A DNA stretch of 64,000 nucleotides from assembly GCF_018350175.1 (NCBI RefSeq), contig NC_058369.1:19842001-19906000 (forward strand), written 5' to 3'. This document shows, piece after piece, positions 53,515 through 64,000 of this stretch (the stretch's first letter is position 1; each line of letters begins with the position of its first letter). The notes beneath the pieces were generated by a model. The model saw only the letters and a list, made by a program, of their open reading frames with translations, did no database searches and had not been told where the DNA came from. A program made the translations under genes and the position numbers. The stretch comes from Felis catus. Lineage: Eukaryota.

Positions 53515-53552
<38 letters not shown>
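53515..53552. repeat. (CA)n microsatellite in the A-rich part of an L1 5'UTR
   Basis: perfect CA run. Confidence 0.95.
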
Positions 53553-53555
<3 letters not shown>

Positions 53556-55202
53556 AATAAATGATGCTAGATCCTAGGTATGTTTTGGTCTGGGTGTTGA
53601 ATGTGGCTTGATAGATTAGAGGAAAAGGGGGGGGGAAGAAAATTGTTTGAAAATTTGAAAAAATGAATACACTGAAGTAGACTAAAATGAAATGATGGAA
53701 GTAAAATAGAATTTGAAAAAAAATTACAGAAAAGTAAAAAATATATATAAAAATTAAAGAAAAATATTTTTAGTAAAAATTGAAAATAAAAATGAATTTT
53801 TTCTTTCTTTATTCAAGAAAAAGAAAAATGAAAAAGAAAGAAAATTGAATAGTTGGACTGGCTAACAGACTGACATACAACTGAAATTACTTCATTTTCC
53901 CCTAGAAGTCAAACTATGAAGCACTCTATAGTCCATAAATTAAGTAGACAGTGAGACTTGTGTTTTTGAAGAGCGATGTTGGCCCAGTTGGGCGGGGCTT
54001 AGTGTAACGGCTCCATTCTCCACTAGATGGCACTGCTAGCCTACTGGGGTGGATTGTTGTGGCACTTGTAGGTGCATATGCGTGGGCGCAGTGAAAATGG
54101 CATCACCCACTTACCCAGTCTCTAGGATCGGAACTCTGTTCTCCATGATCAGCAGTTGGCTCACCCGTCCTTTGTCTTTGACTTCTGTCCACTCCCCGCT
54201 TCCACACTGTCTGTAACCAAGCCCCAGGCAGCACCTCCCTCCCAAGTTTTGTCTCAGATGCAGCTTCCTTACCCAGCCCCCTACTTCTGAGGGACTATGG
54301 CTTTGACTCCCTCCGCCCCTCTGCAGAGGGTCTCACTGAGCAATGACTGGGTGCCGGCCACACTCAGGAACGCTTGTGGGACCATGCTGTTTCTGCTGCC
54401 TAGAGACTGCGGCCAGGTGCCAGCCCTGCCCCAGAAAAAGTTCACGAAACAGGGTAGCAGCAGCACCTCAGGGATTATGGAAAATCACAGCACACATCTG
54501 GTACCGGGCTTCACCCCCAATGACCTTGGTCCAACACCAGCTAATGTGGCTGTTCTCTGGGGTCTGCTGGACCCAAGTGGCCTCACAGCCTCTACCAAAT
54601 GGCCTTCCTGAAGTGGAACCACTTCTCCCCATGTGGCCTGAGAACCTCCTGGACCCCACTCTGCTCCTGGGAATTCACCCTTCCCACCAGAGCACCAGCA
54701 GGTATTGAGCTGTTGATTTTCAGACTGTGCTCCCCACTGTTTACAGTCTTAATGGAATTTAAACCCTCTCCTTTCTCCTTTCTCCCTTTTTCGTTCATTC
54801 CCTGTGGGCTGTTTCCAATTTTCCACTTTCTCTCCAGCTGCTTTTGGGGAGGGGTGCTTTTCCCATATTCTCCCCTCCCCCTGACTCCGTCCTCTCTCTG
54901 CGCATGCTCCCTGCCATCCACAGCTTCTCTCTCCCCAAGTTCATCTCTCCACACTGCGTGCCTGCTGAATTCTGTGGTTCAGGTTGTGCAGATTGTTGTG
55001 TTAATCTTCAGATCAGTTTTCTAGGTGTGCAGGATGGTTTAGTGTTGGTCTGGCTACATTTCATGGACGCGAGACACACAAAAAACTTCCATGCTGTTCC
55101 GCCATCTTGGCTTCTCCCAGTCTTTGTTTTAAAATGTAGTTTGTCAGGTCCAACTTTCTTTTGACATCCATTAGCATGATAGATCGTTCTCCATCCCCTC
55201 AC

Positions 55203-55400
55203 TTTTTTTTTTTTAATGTTTTTATTTATTTTTGAGAGACAGAGCATGAGCTGGGGAGGGGCAGAAAGAGAGGAAGACACAGAATTCGAAGCAGGCTCCA
55301 GGCCAAGAGCTGTCTGCACAGAGCCCGACAGGGGGCTCAAACTCATGAGCTACAAGATCATGACCTGGGCTGAGGTTGGACGCTCAACTGACTAAGCCCC
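55203..55400 (-). mobile_element. CanSINE
   Basis: SINE body; TSD tccatc(c/t)cctca(c/t)ttt. Confidence 0.92.
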
Positions 55401-56999
55401 ATCCATCTCCTCATTTTCAATCTGCAGGTATCCTTGGGTCTAAAATGAGTCTCTTATAGGCAGCATATAGATGGATCTTGTTTTTTTTAAATCCATTCTG
55501 ACACCGTGTCTTTTGATTGGGACATTTAGTCCATTTACATCCAGAGTGATTATTGAAAGATATGGATTTAATGCCATTGTGTTATCTATACGTTTCTTGT
55601 TTGTGGTGATGTTTTGGTATTTTGTAGTCTTTTCTGCCTTTCATTCACAGAGTCCCCCTTAGGATCTCATGCAGGGCTGGTTTACTGGTCTTGGCCCTGT
55701 AAATAAGCAGTTGCTAGGCACAGAGGGGCAGGGTTTGGTGTAAGTGGGTCCTGCCTTTACTGGGGCTGCTGTGTTGCTCTCTGAAGTTCCACTGTGTTGG
55801 TATTGGGTGGGGGGGAATGGCACCACCCCAATCTCTCATCCCTAGAATGAGGATCTCAACCCCTCAATCCCTTTGTTGAAGCAGCCCTCACAGAACAGCG
55901 AGGGCAGTCAGCTTGCCTGTACCACAACTCTCCTGTGTTTTTTCTTTGGCATGCAGCTGAGATTCAAAACCCAAAGTCTTAAAGGACCTGGTACCACATG
56001 GATCTGCTTTTCTTCTCTGGAGTAGAGCCTCTCCACCCTGCTGATAGAAGGCCTTTGGCTGGCACCTGCAGGATCTTTTGTTCTTGGGGAGGCAATAAAC
56101 CATCTTCCAAAAGTAGTCCAGGAAGGTGACTGTTCTCTCCCAGTGCATCCTGGAGATCTCTTTACCACTCTATGCATTCCAAGGCCAGCTCCCTCCTCCC
56201 CCAGGAGCACACACCACACCTCCACTCCAGAGGAAGTTGGGCACTTCCAAAACCTCAAGAGTTTGAGCTCCAAAACCTGTTTGCAAAAAAGAACTGGGAC
56301 ATTCAATACTTCTTTTTCCCCAGTCCATGGTCCAGAGAGGTTTTCCTCTTGTGCTAACTCGATGCCACTCTCTCTCAACCCCTCTTTTTTTCCTCTCCAT
56401 TTTGTCTCTCCTTGGAAAGGGTTCCCCCTCTGTGGCACCATCAGTTTTCTCTCCTTCAGTTCACTTTCACACACATCACACCTGCCAAGCAGTCTCCCTC
56501 CAACTGTGGAGATCCTTCTGCCACTTTGCAGATTGATTTTCTGGTTATTCCAAGTAACCTGACCTCAATACAGCTGTGTTTGAGGGGCAAGGAAAGCCTA
56601 GGGTCCCCTACTTCTCCACCATCTTAAATCTTCCCTCAACCAAGTGCCCTCCTTAATCCCATCAACCATTTAACCCATGCCCCTGCTCACCTCCCTCCAG
56701 CAACCCTCAGTTTGTTTTCTATAGTTAAGAGTCTCTCTTATGGTTTACTTCTCTCTTTCTCTTTTTTTCCCTATATTCATATGTTTTGTTTCTTAAATTC
56801 TACATGTGAGTGAAATCATACAGTATTTGTTTTCTGTGATATGGGTGGAGCTGGAATGTATTATGCTTGCTGATTTGATTTGGGGGTGGGGGGAACTGTG
56901 TAACACTGGCCTAAATTTTAAAAGAGGAGAAAGGAGGAAGTGGGATGCATGTGGCATTTTATTTTATTTTCCTTTTGTTCATCTCTCCATACAACAAGA

Positions 57000-57490
57000 A
57001 CCATAATCTGTTTAAAATGCATGTGGAATCATTGTGTCTCTTCACTGATCAGCTTTTCAGTGCTTCCCATTTCATTTAGGATAAATATCAACCCCTGGCC
57101 ATGATCCCTGCCTGTAATCTCTATTTCCCTGTCCCATTTGCCAAAGCACCAAACTGTTTCCCACCTGCGATCTTTGTTCTTGCTTGTTCTTCTGCTTGCA
57201 ATGTTCATCCCCTGACTCTTCACTTCCTGATTCTTCCTTATTCTTTGGTTTCTGCTTAAATGGTGCTTCCTCTGAGAGGCTTTCCCTAGTGGTTTGAAGA
57301 ACTGTTTGTTATTTGTTATCATTCTACTATGTGGATTACTTTCAATGACATTTTCTGTTTATAATTAAGCTTTCATTGTTTCCTCCACTAATCTGTAAAT
57401 TTTTTGAAGATGAGCACTTCTTTTATCTTTGTATATTACCTGACAGTGCACCTATATATACACGTTTGTTCAGTTTCCTAATAAAGATTC
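57000..57490. mobile_element. ancient L2-like remnant
   Basis: cagtgcttcccatttcatttaggataaa...cttcctctgagaggctttccct...ttatctttgtatattacctgacag. Confidence 0.5.
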
Positions 57491-57706
57491 ATTAGGCCTA
57501 ACCTAAAAATATAGAGTATCTATTAAATAAATGAAAGAATGTGTATCTGTTGAAGTTAAAATCAGCATATGCTAAATAAAAATAAACAAATTGTAGGGCA
57601 GTGTATATAAGGAAATATGTTAGTTCTATTTTAGTATAACGTTAGGAAAAAAGATACTCATATGGTGATGTACATATATAGACAAAAGTCTGAATATATA
57701 TTTTTA

Positions 57707-57707
<1 letters not shown>

Positions 57708-57733
<26 letters not shown>
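57708..57733. repeat. (CA)n microsatellite
   Basis: CA run. Confidence 0.9.
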
Positions 57734-57738
<5 letters not shown>

Positions 57739-57884
57739 ACCATTAGCGTGGTTACTGTGGAAGTAGGACAGGGAGTGGGGTTGGGAGAGGTGCACACAGA
57801 AAGTAGAGAACTTTGAATTTAATTTTACATTACTTGTGTTTTAATAAGAACATACTGTTTCTATAACTAAAAAAGGTAGTAAAT

Positions 57885-58066
57885 AGGAGTGCATGGATGG
57901 CTCAGTCAGTCAAGTGTCCAACTCTTCATTTTGGCACATGGATTGTGAGTTCGTGCCCCACATTGTGCTCAGTGCTGACAGTGTGGAGCCTGCTTGGGAT
58001 TCCCTCTCCCTCTCTCTCTCCCCTTGCTCCACTTGTTCTTGCTCTCTCAAAATAAATACACTTTTA
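57885..58066 (+). mobile_element. CanSINE (older)
   Basis: ggagtgcatggatggctcagtcag...ctctcaaaataaatac; TSD aaaa(g)gtagtaaa. Confidence 0.88.
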
Positions 58067-58499
58067 AAAAGTAGTAAACAAATGAGAGACTAGAAAGAAA
58101 CAAACTAAAATGGTAACAGTGAACTCCCTCATCTTAGAAATGGGGCCCAAGAAGGACCAAATTCCTCCTGATTTCCCAGCCCTTGCGTTGGTAGATGCTT
58201 TGGTGCTACACTGGTTGCATTGAATGCACTGCCCCAACTCACTCCTTTTGAAGATTGAAAAGTAACTAGCTGAGTATAAGGCTGAGTTAGAGTTGTTTTA
58301 TAGTTATTTACTGAATAAGAATTCCTGTTGGTGGCCAATGCCAAGAGGAAAAAATCATTTGATAAAAACAATTTGCTCAAAGTAAAACAAACTGGAGGTA
58401 CATTTTTTTATTTTTCTATTGAAGATATTGTTGCTTTCTTCAGCAATTGGAGGGATCTAATTTTATGAAGTTGAGATCCTATGTTAAAAACTTTTTGAA

Positions 58500-58700
58500 A
58501 TGAATGATAATGTTAACACTTTTTGAATGCTTGCTGTATTAAAGACATTGTTATCAAGTTTTCATAGCCGCATTGAAGAAAATGGTATTATCTACATTTT
58601 ATAGATGAGGAAACTGAGATTTAAGGAGGGAACAAAAATTGTCCCATATCACAAAGCTAATAAGTGGAAGAGATAGGTTTAACTGTGGGCATATATCTGA
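58500..58700. mobile_element. MIR
   Basis: core tattatctacattttatagatgaggaaactgag. Confidence 0.7.
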
Positions 58701-58727
58701 TGTACCCCAGACGTTTGGCTCCTAATT

Positions 58728-58885
58728 ATAGTTCTCTTAATATCATTGGAGAGCTTTAAAAAAGACTTACACCCAGGCTCCACACCAAGCATTTGAATCA
58801 AAATCTCTGGAGATGGCATCCAGAAATTTTTAAAGAAAAAAACAATAACAAACCCTGAGGTGATTTTGATGCAGTGAGGGCTATC
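58728..58885. mobile_element. MER5-like hAT MITE
   Basis: ggagagctttaaaaaa...cccaggctccacacc...tgaatcaaaatctctggg...ggtgattttgatgca. Confidence 0.6.
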
Positions 58886-59204
58886 CCAGATTATTGGAGC
58901 TGACATTGGTAGTTTGCATGTGAGAGGGCACCATTCATTTAGCTTGAGGTGGGGAGACAACAAAGGGAAAATAAATCTCTCATACCTAAGCATAGGCACC
59001 TGATATTCCAAAGTCCATGCTCTAAATACTTATTTCCTGGAATCTTCTTACATATAGTGGTTAAAATATACAGTATCATTAGCATATCAATGTCTTTTAA
59101 CTTCTTCAAGATCTGAAAGTTTAGTTCCTCTAGGTCTAATTATTTCTGTGGGAAAATGTCCAGAGTCTAATAAACAGTGTAAAGATTAACAAACATTATG
59201 ACTT

Positions 59205-59780
59205 CTTATTTATTTATTTATTCATTCATTCATTCATTCATTCATTCATTCATTCCCTCCAGGTTTTTATTTAAATTCCATCTAGTTAATGTATGGAGTA
59301 ATATTAGTTTCATATCAGATTTAGTGATTCATCGCTTACAAACAGAATAGAAAACCTAGAAATGAACCCACAATTATATGGACAATTCATTTATGACAAA
59401 GCAGGAAAGAACATCCAGTGGAAAAGACAGTCTTTTCAACAAATGGTGTTGGGAAAACTGGACCACTTTCTTGTACCATACACAAAAATAAACCCTAAGT
59501 GGATGAAAGACCTAAATGGGAAATAGGAGACCTTTAAAATCCTGGAGAGGAGCACAGGCAGAAACCTCTTCAACATGGTCCATAGCAAATTTTTATTAGA
59601 TCTGTCTCCTGAAGCAAGGGAAACAAAAACAAACTATTGGGAGTTCATCAAAATAAAAAGCTTCTGCACAGCGAAGGAAACAAAACTAAAAGGCATCCTA
59701 TGGAATGGGAGAAGATATTTGCAAATGACATATCTGACAAATGGTTAATACCTAAAGTATATAAAGAATTTATATAACTA
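59205..59780 (-). mobile_element. L1 insertion with 5' inversion: 3' tip on - (59205-59340), ORF2 piece on + (59341-59780)
   Basis: (TTCA)n tail, then an abrupt switch to aacagaatagaaaacctagaaatgaacc; TSD aaacat(tat/cac)gactt at 59191-59204 and 59780-59793. Confidence 0.8.
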
Positions 59781-59866
59781 AACATCACGACTTTTTTGGT
59801 AAGGGATTACTAAAATTTAATACACAAAACAATAAATTAGAAGTTAGTTTAAAAATATTTATTTTA

Positions 59867-60073
59867 GGGACACCTGGGTGGCTTAGTCAGTTAAGTGTCT
59901 TAAGTCTTGATTTCAGCTCACATATGATCTCATGGTTCCTGGGATTGAGCCCCATGTCAGGCTCTGTGCTGACAGTGTGGAGTCTGTTTAGGATTGTCTC
60001 TCTTACTCTGTTTCTCTCTGGCCCTACCCCACTCACACTGTCTTTCTCATTTTCTGAAAATAAACGTTTAAAA
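59867..60073 (+). mobile_element. CanSINE
   Basis: gggacacctgggtggcttagtcagttaag; TSD aaaaa(t/c)atttatttta. Confidence 0.92.
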
Positions 60074-60642
60074 AACATTTATTTTATAAACAAAAAACTA
60101 TCATTCAGATACAAAATAGATTTAAATGCTACTCCTGGAGTTTGATTAAATAGACTATAGAATTTTTTTTCTTTTTGAACATTCTTTTGGTTAATTTCAG
60201 ACCTTAAAACAGTCATCCCCAAATATTGGCTTGAAATGTTATCATTAATCTGTACTTTAAATAGTGTTCATCTAATTTTTATTGAATTTTAAGTTCATAC
60301 AACCAACACTAAGGTCTCTTTAAGAATTAAAAAATACAAGTTAAAATTGCAGCTTATTGTGGTATAGCATTTATTGCTACCAATTAATCAAAATTACTAA
60401 AGAATTTTTATGTTGAAAACACCACAGAACAATATTCCCTAACTCATGTTTAGCAGAAAATGACAACTTACATTGAAAATCTGTGTTCAATTTCAGTTAA
60501 ATGTAAGTGTAGGTAACAGTTGTTGGTTAACTTGTCATTTTTTCAATTCAGTATGAAATTTCAAGAGAGTTGTCAAAGGCCTGTATTATTTTTAAAAAGT
60601 ATTTTGTAAATTGGGATAGAATTCATATATTACCAAGTCACC

Positions 60643-61055
60643 CTTTTATTTATTGTATTTATTTTATTTTTTAATTTTTAAGTTCTTATTATTTTTTTAA
60701 ATTGTTCTATTAGTTTCAGGTGTACAGTATAGTGATTCAGCTACACATTACTCAGTGCTCATCACTATAGGTGTACTCTTAATCCCCTTTCCCTATTTCA
60801 CTTATTCCCCTTCCCTATCTCTCCTCTGATAACCATCAATCAGTCTGTTCTCTATATTTGAATCTGTATTTTGGTTTCTCTCTCTCTCTTTTGTTGTTTA
60901 TTTGTTTTGCTTATTAAATTCCATATATGTGTGAAATCATATGGTATTTGTCTTTCTCTGATTGGCTTATTTCACTTAGTATTATACCCTCTAGATCCAT
61001 CCATGTCATTGCAAATGGCAAGATCTCATTGTTTTTTATGGGTAAGTAATATTCC

Positions 61056-61094
<39 letters not shown>

Positions 61095-61628
61095 CCCATA
61101 TCTCTGTTATCCAATTATCTGTCATTGGACATGGGTTGCTTCCATAATTTGGCTTTAATTTTAAATAATGCTGCAATAAACATAGAGATGCATGTGTCTT
61201 TTTGTGTTTTTTTTTCTTTACAATTACTTTTTTTTTTGAGAGAGAGAGAGAGAGAGAGAGAGCGCGAGCGAGCAGGGGAAGGGCAGAGGGAGAAGGAGAG
61301 AGAGAACCTTAAGAAGGTTCCATGCCCAGCATAGAGCCCACCGCAGGGCTCAATCTCACGACTGTGAGATCATGACCTTAGCTGAAATCAAGAGTCGGAT
61401 GCTTAACTGACTAAGCCACTCAGGCACCCCATCATATGTCTTTTTAAATTAGTGTTTTCATATTTTGGGGGTAAATACCCAGTAGTGTAATTACTGGATC
61501 GTGTGGTAATTCTATTTTTAGCTTTTTGAGGAACCTCCATACTGTTGTCCACAATGGCTGCACCACTTTGCATTCCTATCCCTAGCGCACTAGGGTTCAT
61601 TTTTCTCCACATCCTCAAAAATACTTGT
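60643..61628 (-). mobile_element. truncated L1 3' portion with (TG)n and a SINE
   Basis: antisense ORF2 end (NEILPFAMTWMDLEGIILSEISQSEKDKYHM). Confidence 0.85.
61228..61430 (-). mobile_element. CanSINE
   Basis: (GA)n and SINE head; TSD cat(g/a)tgtcttttt. Confidence 0.92.
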
Positions 61629-61812
61629 TGTTATAGTAGTTTCAGGTGTACAGTATAGTAATTCAGCAGTTCCATTACATCAGTCTCCCTGTGCCCGTTA
61701 TGACAAGTGCACTCCTTAATCTCCATTACCTATTTTATCCATTTCCCACTGGTAACCATCCACTTCCCTCCCCTCTGGTAACCATCAGTATGTTCTCTAT
61801 AATTAAGAGTCT

Positions 61813-62021
61813 TTTTAAACATTTTTTTTAATGTTTATTTATTTTTGGAGAGGGAGAGAGAGAGAGAGAGGCAGAGAGAGAGGGAGACACAGAATCAGAA
61901 GCAGGCTCCAGGCTCTGAGCTGTCAGCACGGAGCCTGACGTGTGGCTCGAACTCACGGACTGTGAGATCATGACCTGAGCTGAAGTCAGGCGCTCAGCTG
62001 ACTGAGCCACCCAGGCTCCCC
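61813..62021 (-). mobile_element. CanSINE
   Basis: flanked by taagagtcttttt on both sides. Confidence 0.93.
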
Positions 62022-62030
62022 TAAGAGTCT

Positions 62031-62216
62031 TTTTTTTTAAGGAGAGATAGAGAGTGCAGGAGGGGCAGAGAGAGAGGGAGAGAGAGAGAATTCCAAGCAG
62101 ATTCCACATTGTCAGTGCAGAGCCCAGTGTGGGGCTTGAACTAATGAACTGTGAGATCATGACCTGAGCTGAAACCAAGAGTGGATGCTTAACTGACTGA
62201 GTCACCGAGGTGCCCC
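62031..62216 (-). mobile_element. CanSINE
   Basis: flanked by aagagtct on both sides. Confidence 0.93.
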
Positions 62217-62438
62217 AAGAGTCTGTTTCTCGATTTGTGTGTCTCTTAGTTTTTCCCTTTGCTTGTTTTGTTTCTTAAATTCTGCGTAAGTGAAGTTATA
62301 ATGGTATTTGTCTTTCTCTGACTTATTTCACTTAGCAGTATACTCTCTAGCTCCATCCATATCATTGCAAATAGCAAGATTTCATTCTTTTTTATGGATG
62401 AATAATATTCCATTATATATTGATGCCACATATTCTTT

Positions 62439-63349
62439 TTTTTTTGAATTTGATGTTGCCTTTATTTTTTTTATTTTATATATGAAATTTATTGTCAAAT
62501 TGGTTTCCATACAACACCCAGTGCTCATCCCAAAAGGTGCCCTCTTCAATACCCATCACCCACCCTCTCCTCCCTCCCACCCCCCATCAACCCTCAGTTT
62601 GCTCTCAGTTTTTAACAGTCTCTTATGCTTTGGCTCTCTCCCACTCTAACCTCTTTTTCTTTTTTTCTCCTTCCCCTCCCCCATGGGTTCCTGTTAAGTT
62701 TCTCAGGATCCACATAAGAGTGAAACCATATGGTATCTGTCTTTCTCTGTATGGCTTATTTCACTTAGCATCACACTCTCCAGTTCCATCCACGTTGCTA
62801 CAAAAGGCCATATTTCATTTTTTCTCATTGCCACGTAGTATTCCATTGTGTATATAAACCACAATTTCTTTATCCATTCATCAGTTGATGGACATTTAGG
62901 CTCTTTCCATAATTTGGCTATTGTTGAGAGTGCTGCTATGAACATTGGGGTCCAAGTGGCCCTATGCATCAGTACTCCTGTATCCCTTGGATAAATTCCT
63001 AGCAGTGCTGTTGCTGGGTCATAGGGTAGGTCTATTTTTAATTTTCTGAGGAACCTCCACACTGCTTTCCAGAGCGGCTGCACCAATTTGCATTCCCACC
63101 AACAGTGCAAGAGGGTTCCCGTTTCTCCACATCCTCTCCAGCATCTATAGTCTCCTGATTTGTTCATTTTGGCCACTCTGACTGGCGTGAGGTGATACCT
63201 GAGTGTGGTTTTGATTTGTATTTCCCTGATGAGGAGCGACATTGAGCATCTTTTCATGTGCCTGTTGGCCATCCGGATGTCTTCTTTAGAGAAGTGTCTG
63301 TTCATGTTTTCTGCCCATTTCTTCACTGGGTTATTTGTTTTTTGGGTGA
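62439..63349 (-). mobile_element. 5'-truncated young felid L1 (copy C) with short 3' transduction
   Basis: open ORF2 C-terminus (62703-63349) nearly identical to copies A/B; perfect 17-bp TSD gatgccacatattcttt at 62422-62438 and 63350-63366. Confidence 0.96.
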
Positions 63350-64000
63350 GATGCCACATATTCTTTATCCATTCATCAATCAGTGGATACTTGGGCTACT
63401 TCCAAATCTTGGCTATTGTAAATAATGCTGTTATAAACACTAGGGTGCATGTATCTCTTTGAATTAGTGTTTTTGTATTCTTTGGTTAAGTACCCAGTAG
63501 TGCAATTGCTGGATCATAAGGTAATTCTATTTTTAACTTTTTGAGGATCCTCTATACTGTTTTCCACAGTGACCACACCAATTTGCATTCAGTGCAAGAG
63601 GGTTCCCCTTTCTTCACATCCTCACCAACATGTTATTGTGTTGTTGATTTTAGCCATTCTGACAGGTGTGAGGTGATTGTCATTTTGATTTGCATTTTCC
63701 TGATGGTAAGTGATGTTGAGCATCTTTTCATGCGTCTGTTAGCCATCTGTATGTATTTTTGGAGAAATGTCTGTTTATGTCTTCTGCCTGTTTTTAATTG
63801 GATTATTTGAGGGCTTTTTTGGTGTTGAGTTGTGTAAGTTATTTATGTATTTTGATCACTAACCTTTTATTGAAGTTGTCATTTGCAAATATCTTCTCCC
63901 ATTCAGTAGGTTGTATTTTAGTTTTGTTGATTGTTTCATTTGCTATGCAGAAGCTTTTTATTTTGATATAGTCCCACTGATTTATTTTTGCTTATCTCCC

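Larger units (their letters stand above)
42360..55117 (-). mobile_element. nest level 3: full-length intermediate-age L1; own sequence at 42360-42781 and 48779-55117
   Basis: degenerate ORF2 (48779-~52400), ORF1 remnant (MSEPEFRITIIRILA), ~1.7-kb 5'UTR starting AAGATGGCGG (55099-55108); TSD cag(g/t)ctttgtttta at 42346-42359 and 55118-55131. Confidence 0.92.
37561..56636 (-). mobile_element. nest level 2: older L1 with 5'UTR, most of ORF1 deleted; own sequence at 37561-42359 and 55118-56636
   Basis: degenerate ORF2 ([21 protein letters not shown]); endonuclease region resumes at 55132; 5' end AAGATGGTGG at 56616-56625. Confidence 0.88.
37429..56869 (-). mobile_element. outermost element of a four-level L1 nest: short twin-primed L1 3' end split into 37429-37560 and 56637-56869
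   Basis: 3'UTR halves join at aagtgcc(g/c)tc(t/c)tt; short inverted piece at 56840-56867; TSD ctgatttgatt at 37418-37428 and 56870-56880. Confidence 0.85.
61629..64000 (-). mobile_element. older L1 3' portion hosting two SINEs and a young L1; runs off window end
   Basis: 3'UTR begins agtttcaggtgtacagtatag; antisense ORF2 continues at 63350-64000. Confidence 0.85.

Noticed and set aside
55888..56562. 188-aa and 139-aa ORFs
   Set aside because: They lie in an old L1 5'UTR and show no recognisable domain.

Overview
Mammalian genomic DNA from a carnivore, most likely a felid: it carries young SINEC_Fc-type CanSINEs and L1_Fc-like 5'UTRs. The window is dominated by retrotransposons and I could not identify any host protein-coding exon. 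It looks like the intron of a large gene (weak hints point to the + strand) or intergenic DNA. Main contents: (1) a full-length young L1 on + (24146-30162) inserted into a CanSINE tail, with intact ORF1, a broken ORF2 and a ~60-nt 3' transduction; (2) a ~19.4-kb four-level nest of same-orientation L1s on - (37429-56869), each level bounded by its own target-site duplication (TSD), with three different 5'UTRs; (3) the innermost L1 of that nest and the + L1 form an inverted pair ~12.6 kb apart, near-identical in the ORF2 centre but clearly diverged at the ends, suggesting gene conversion; (4) ~23 CanSINEs, many truncated L1 3' ends (two twin-primed), older L1M/L2/MIR/hAT remnants and microsatellites. 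Almost all ORFs in the track are L1 fragments, antisense shadows or repeat artefacts. I found no convincing new biological system. The notable signals concern retrotransposition mechanics, plus a few speculative small exons. Subfamily names come from pattern recognition, not a database search.
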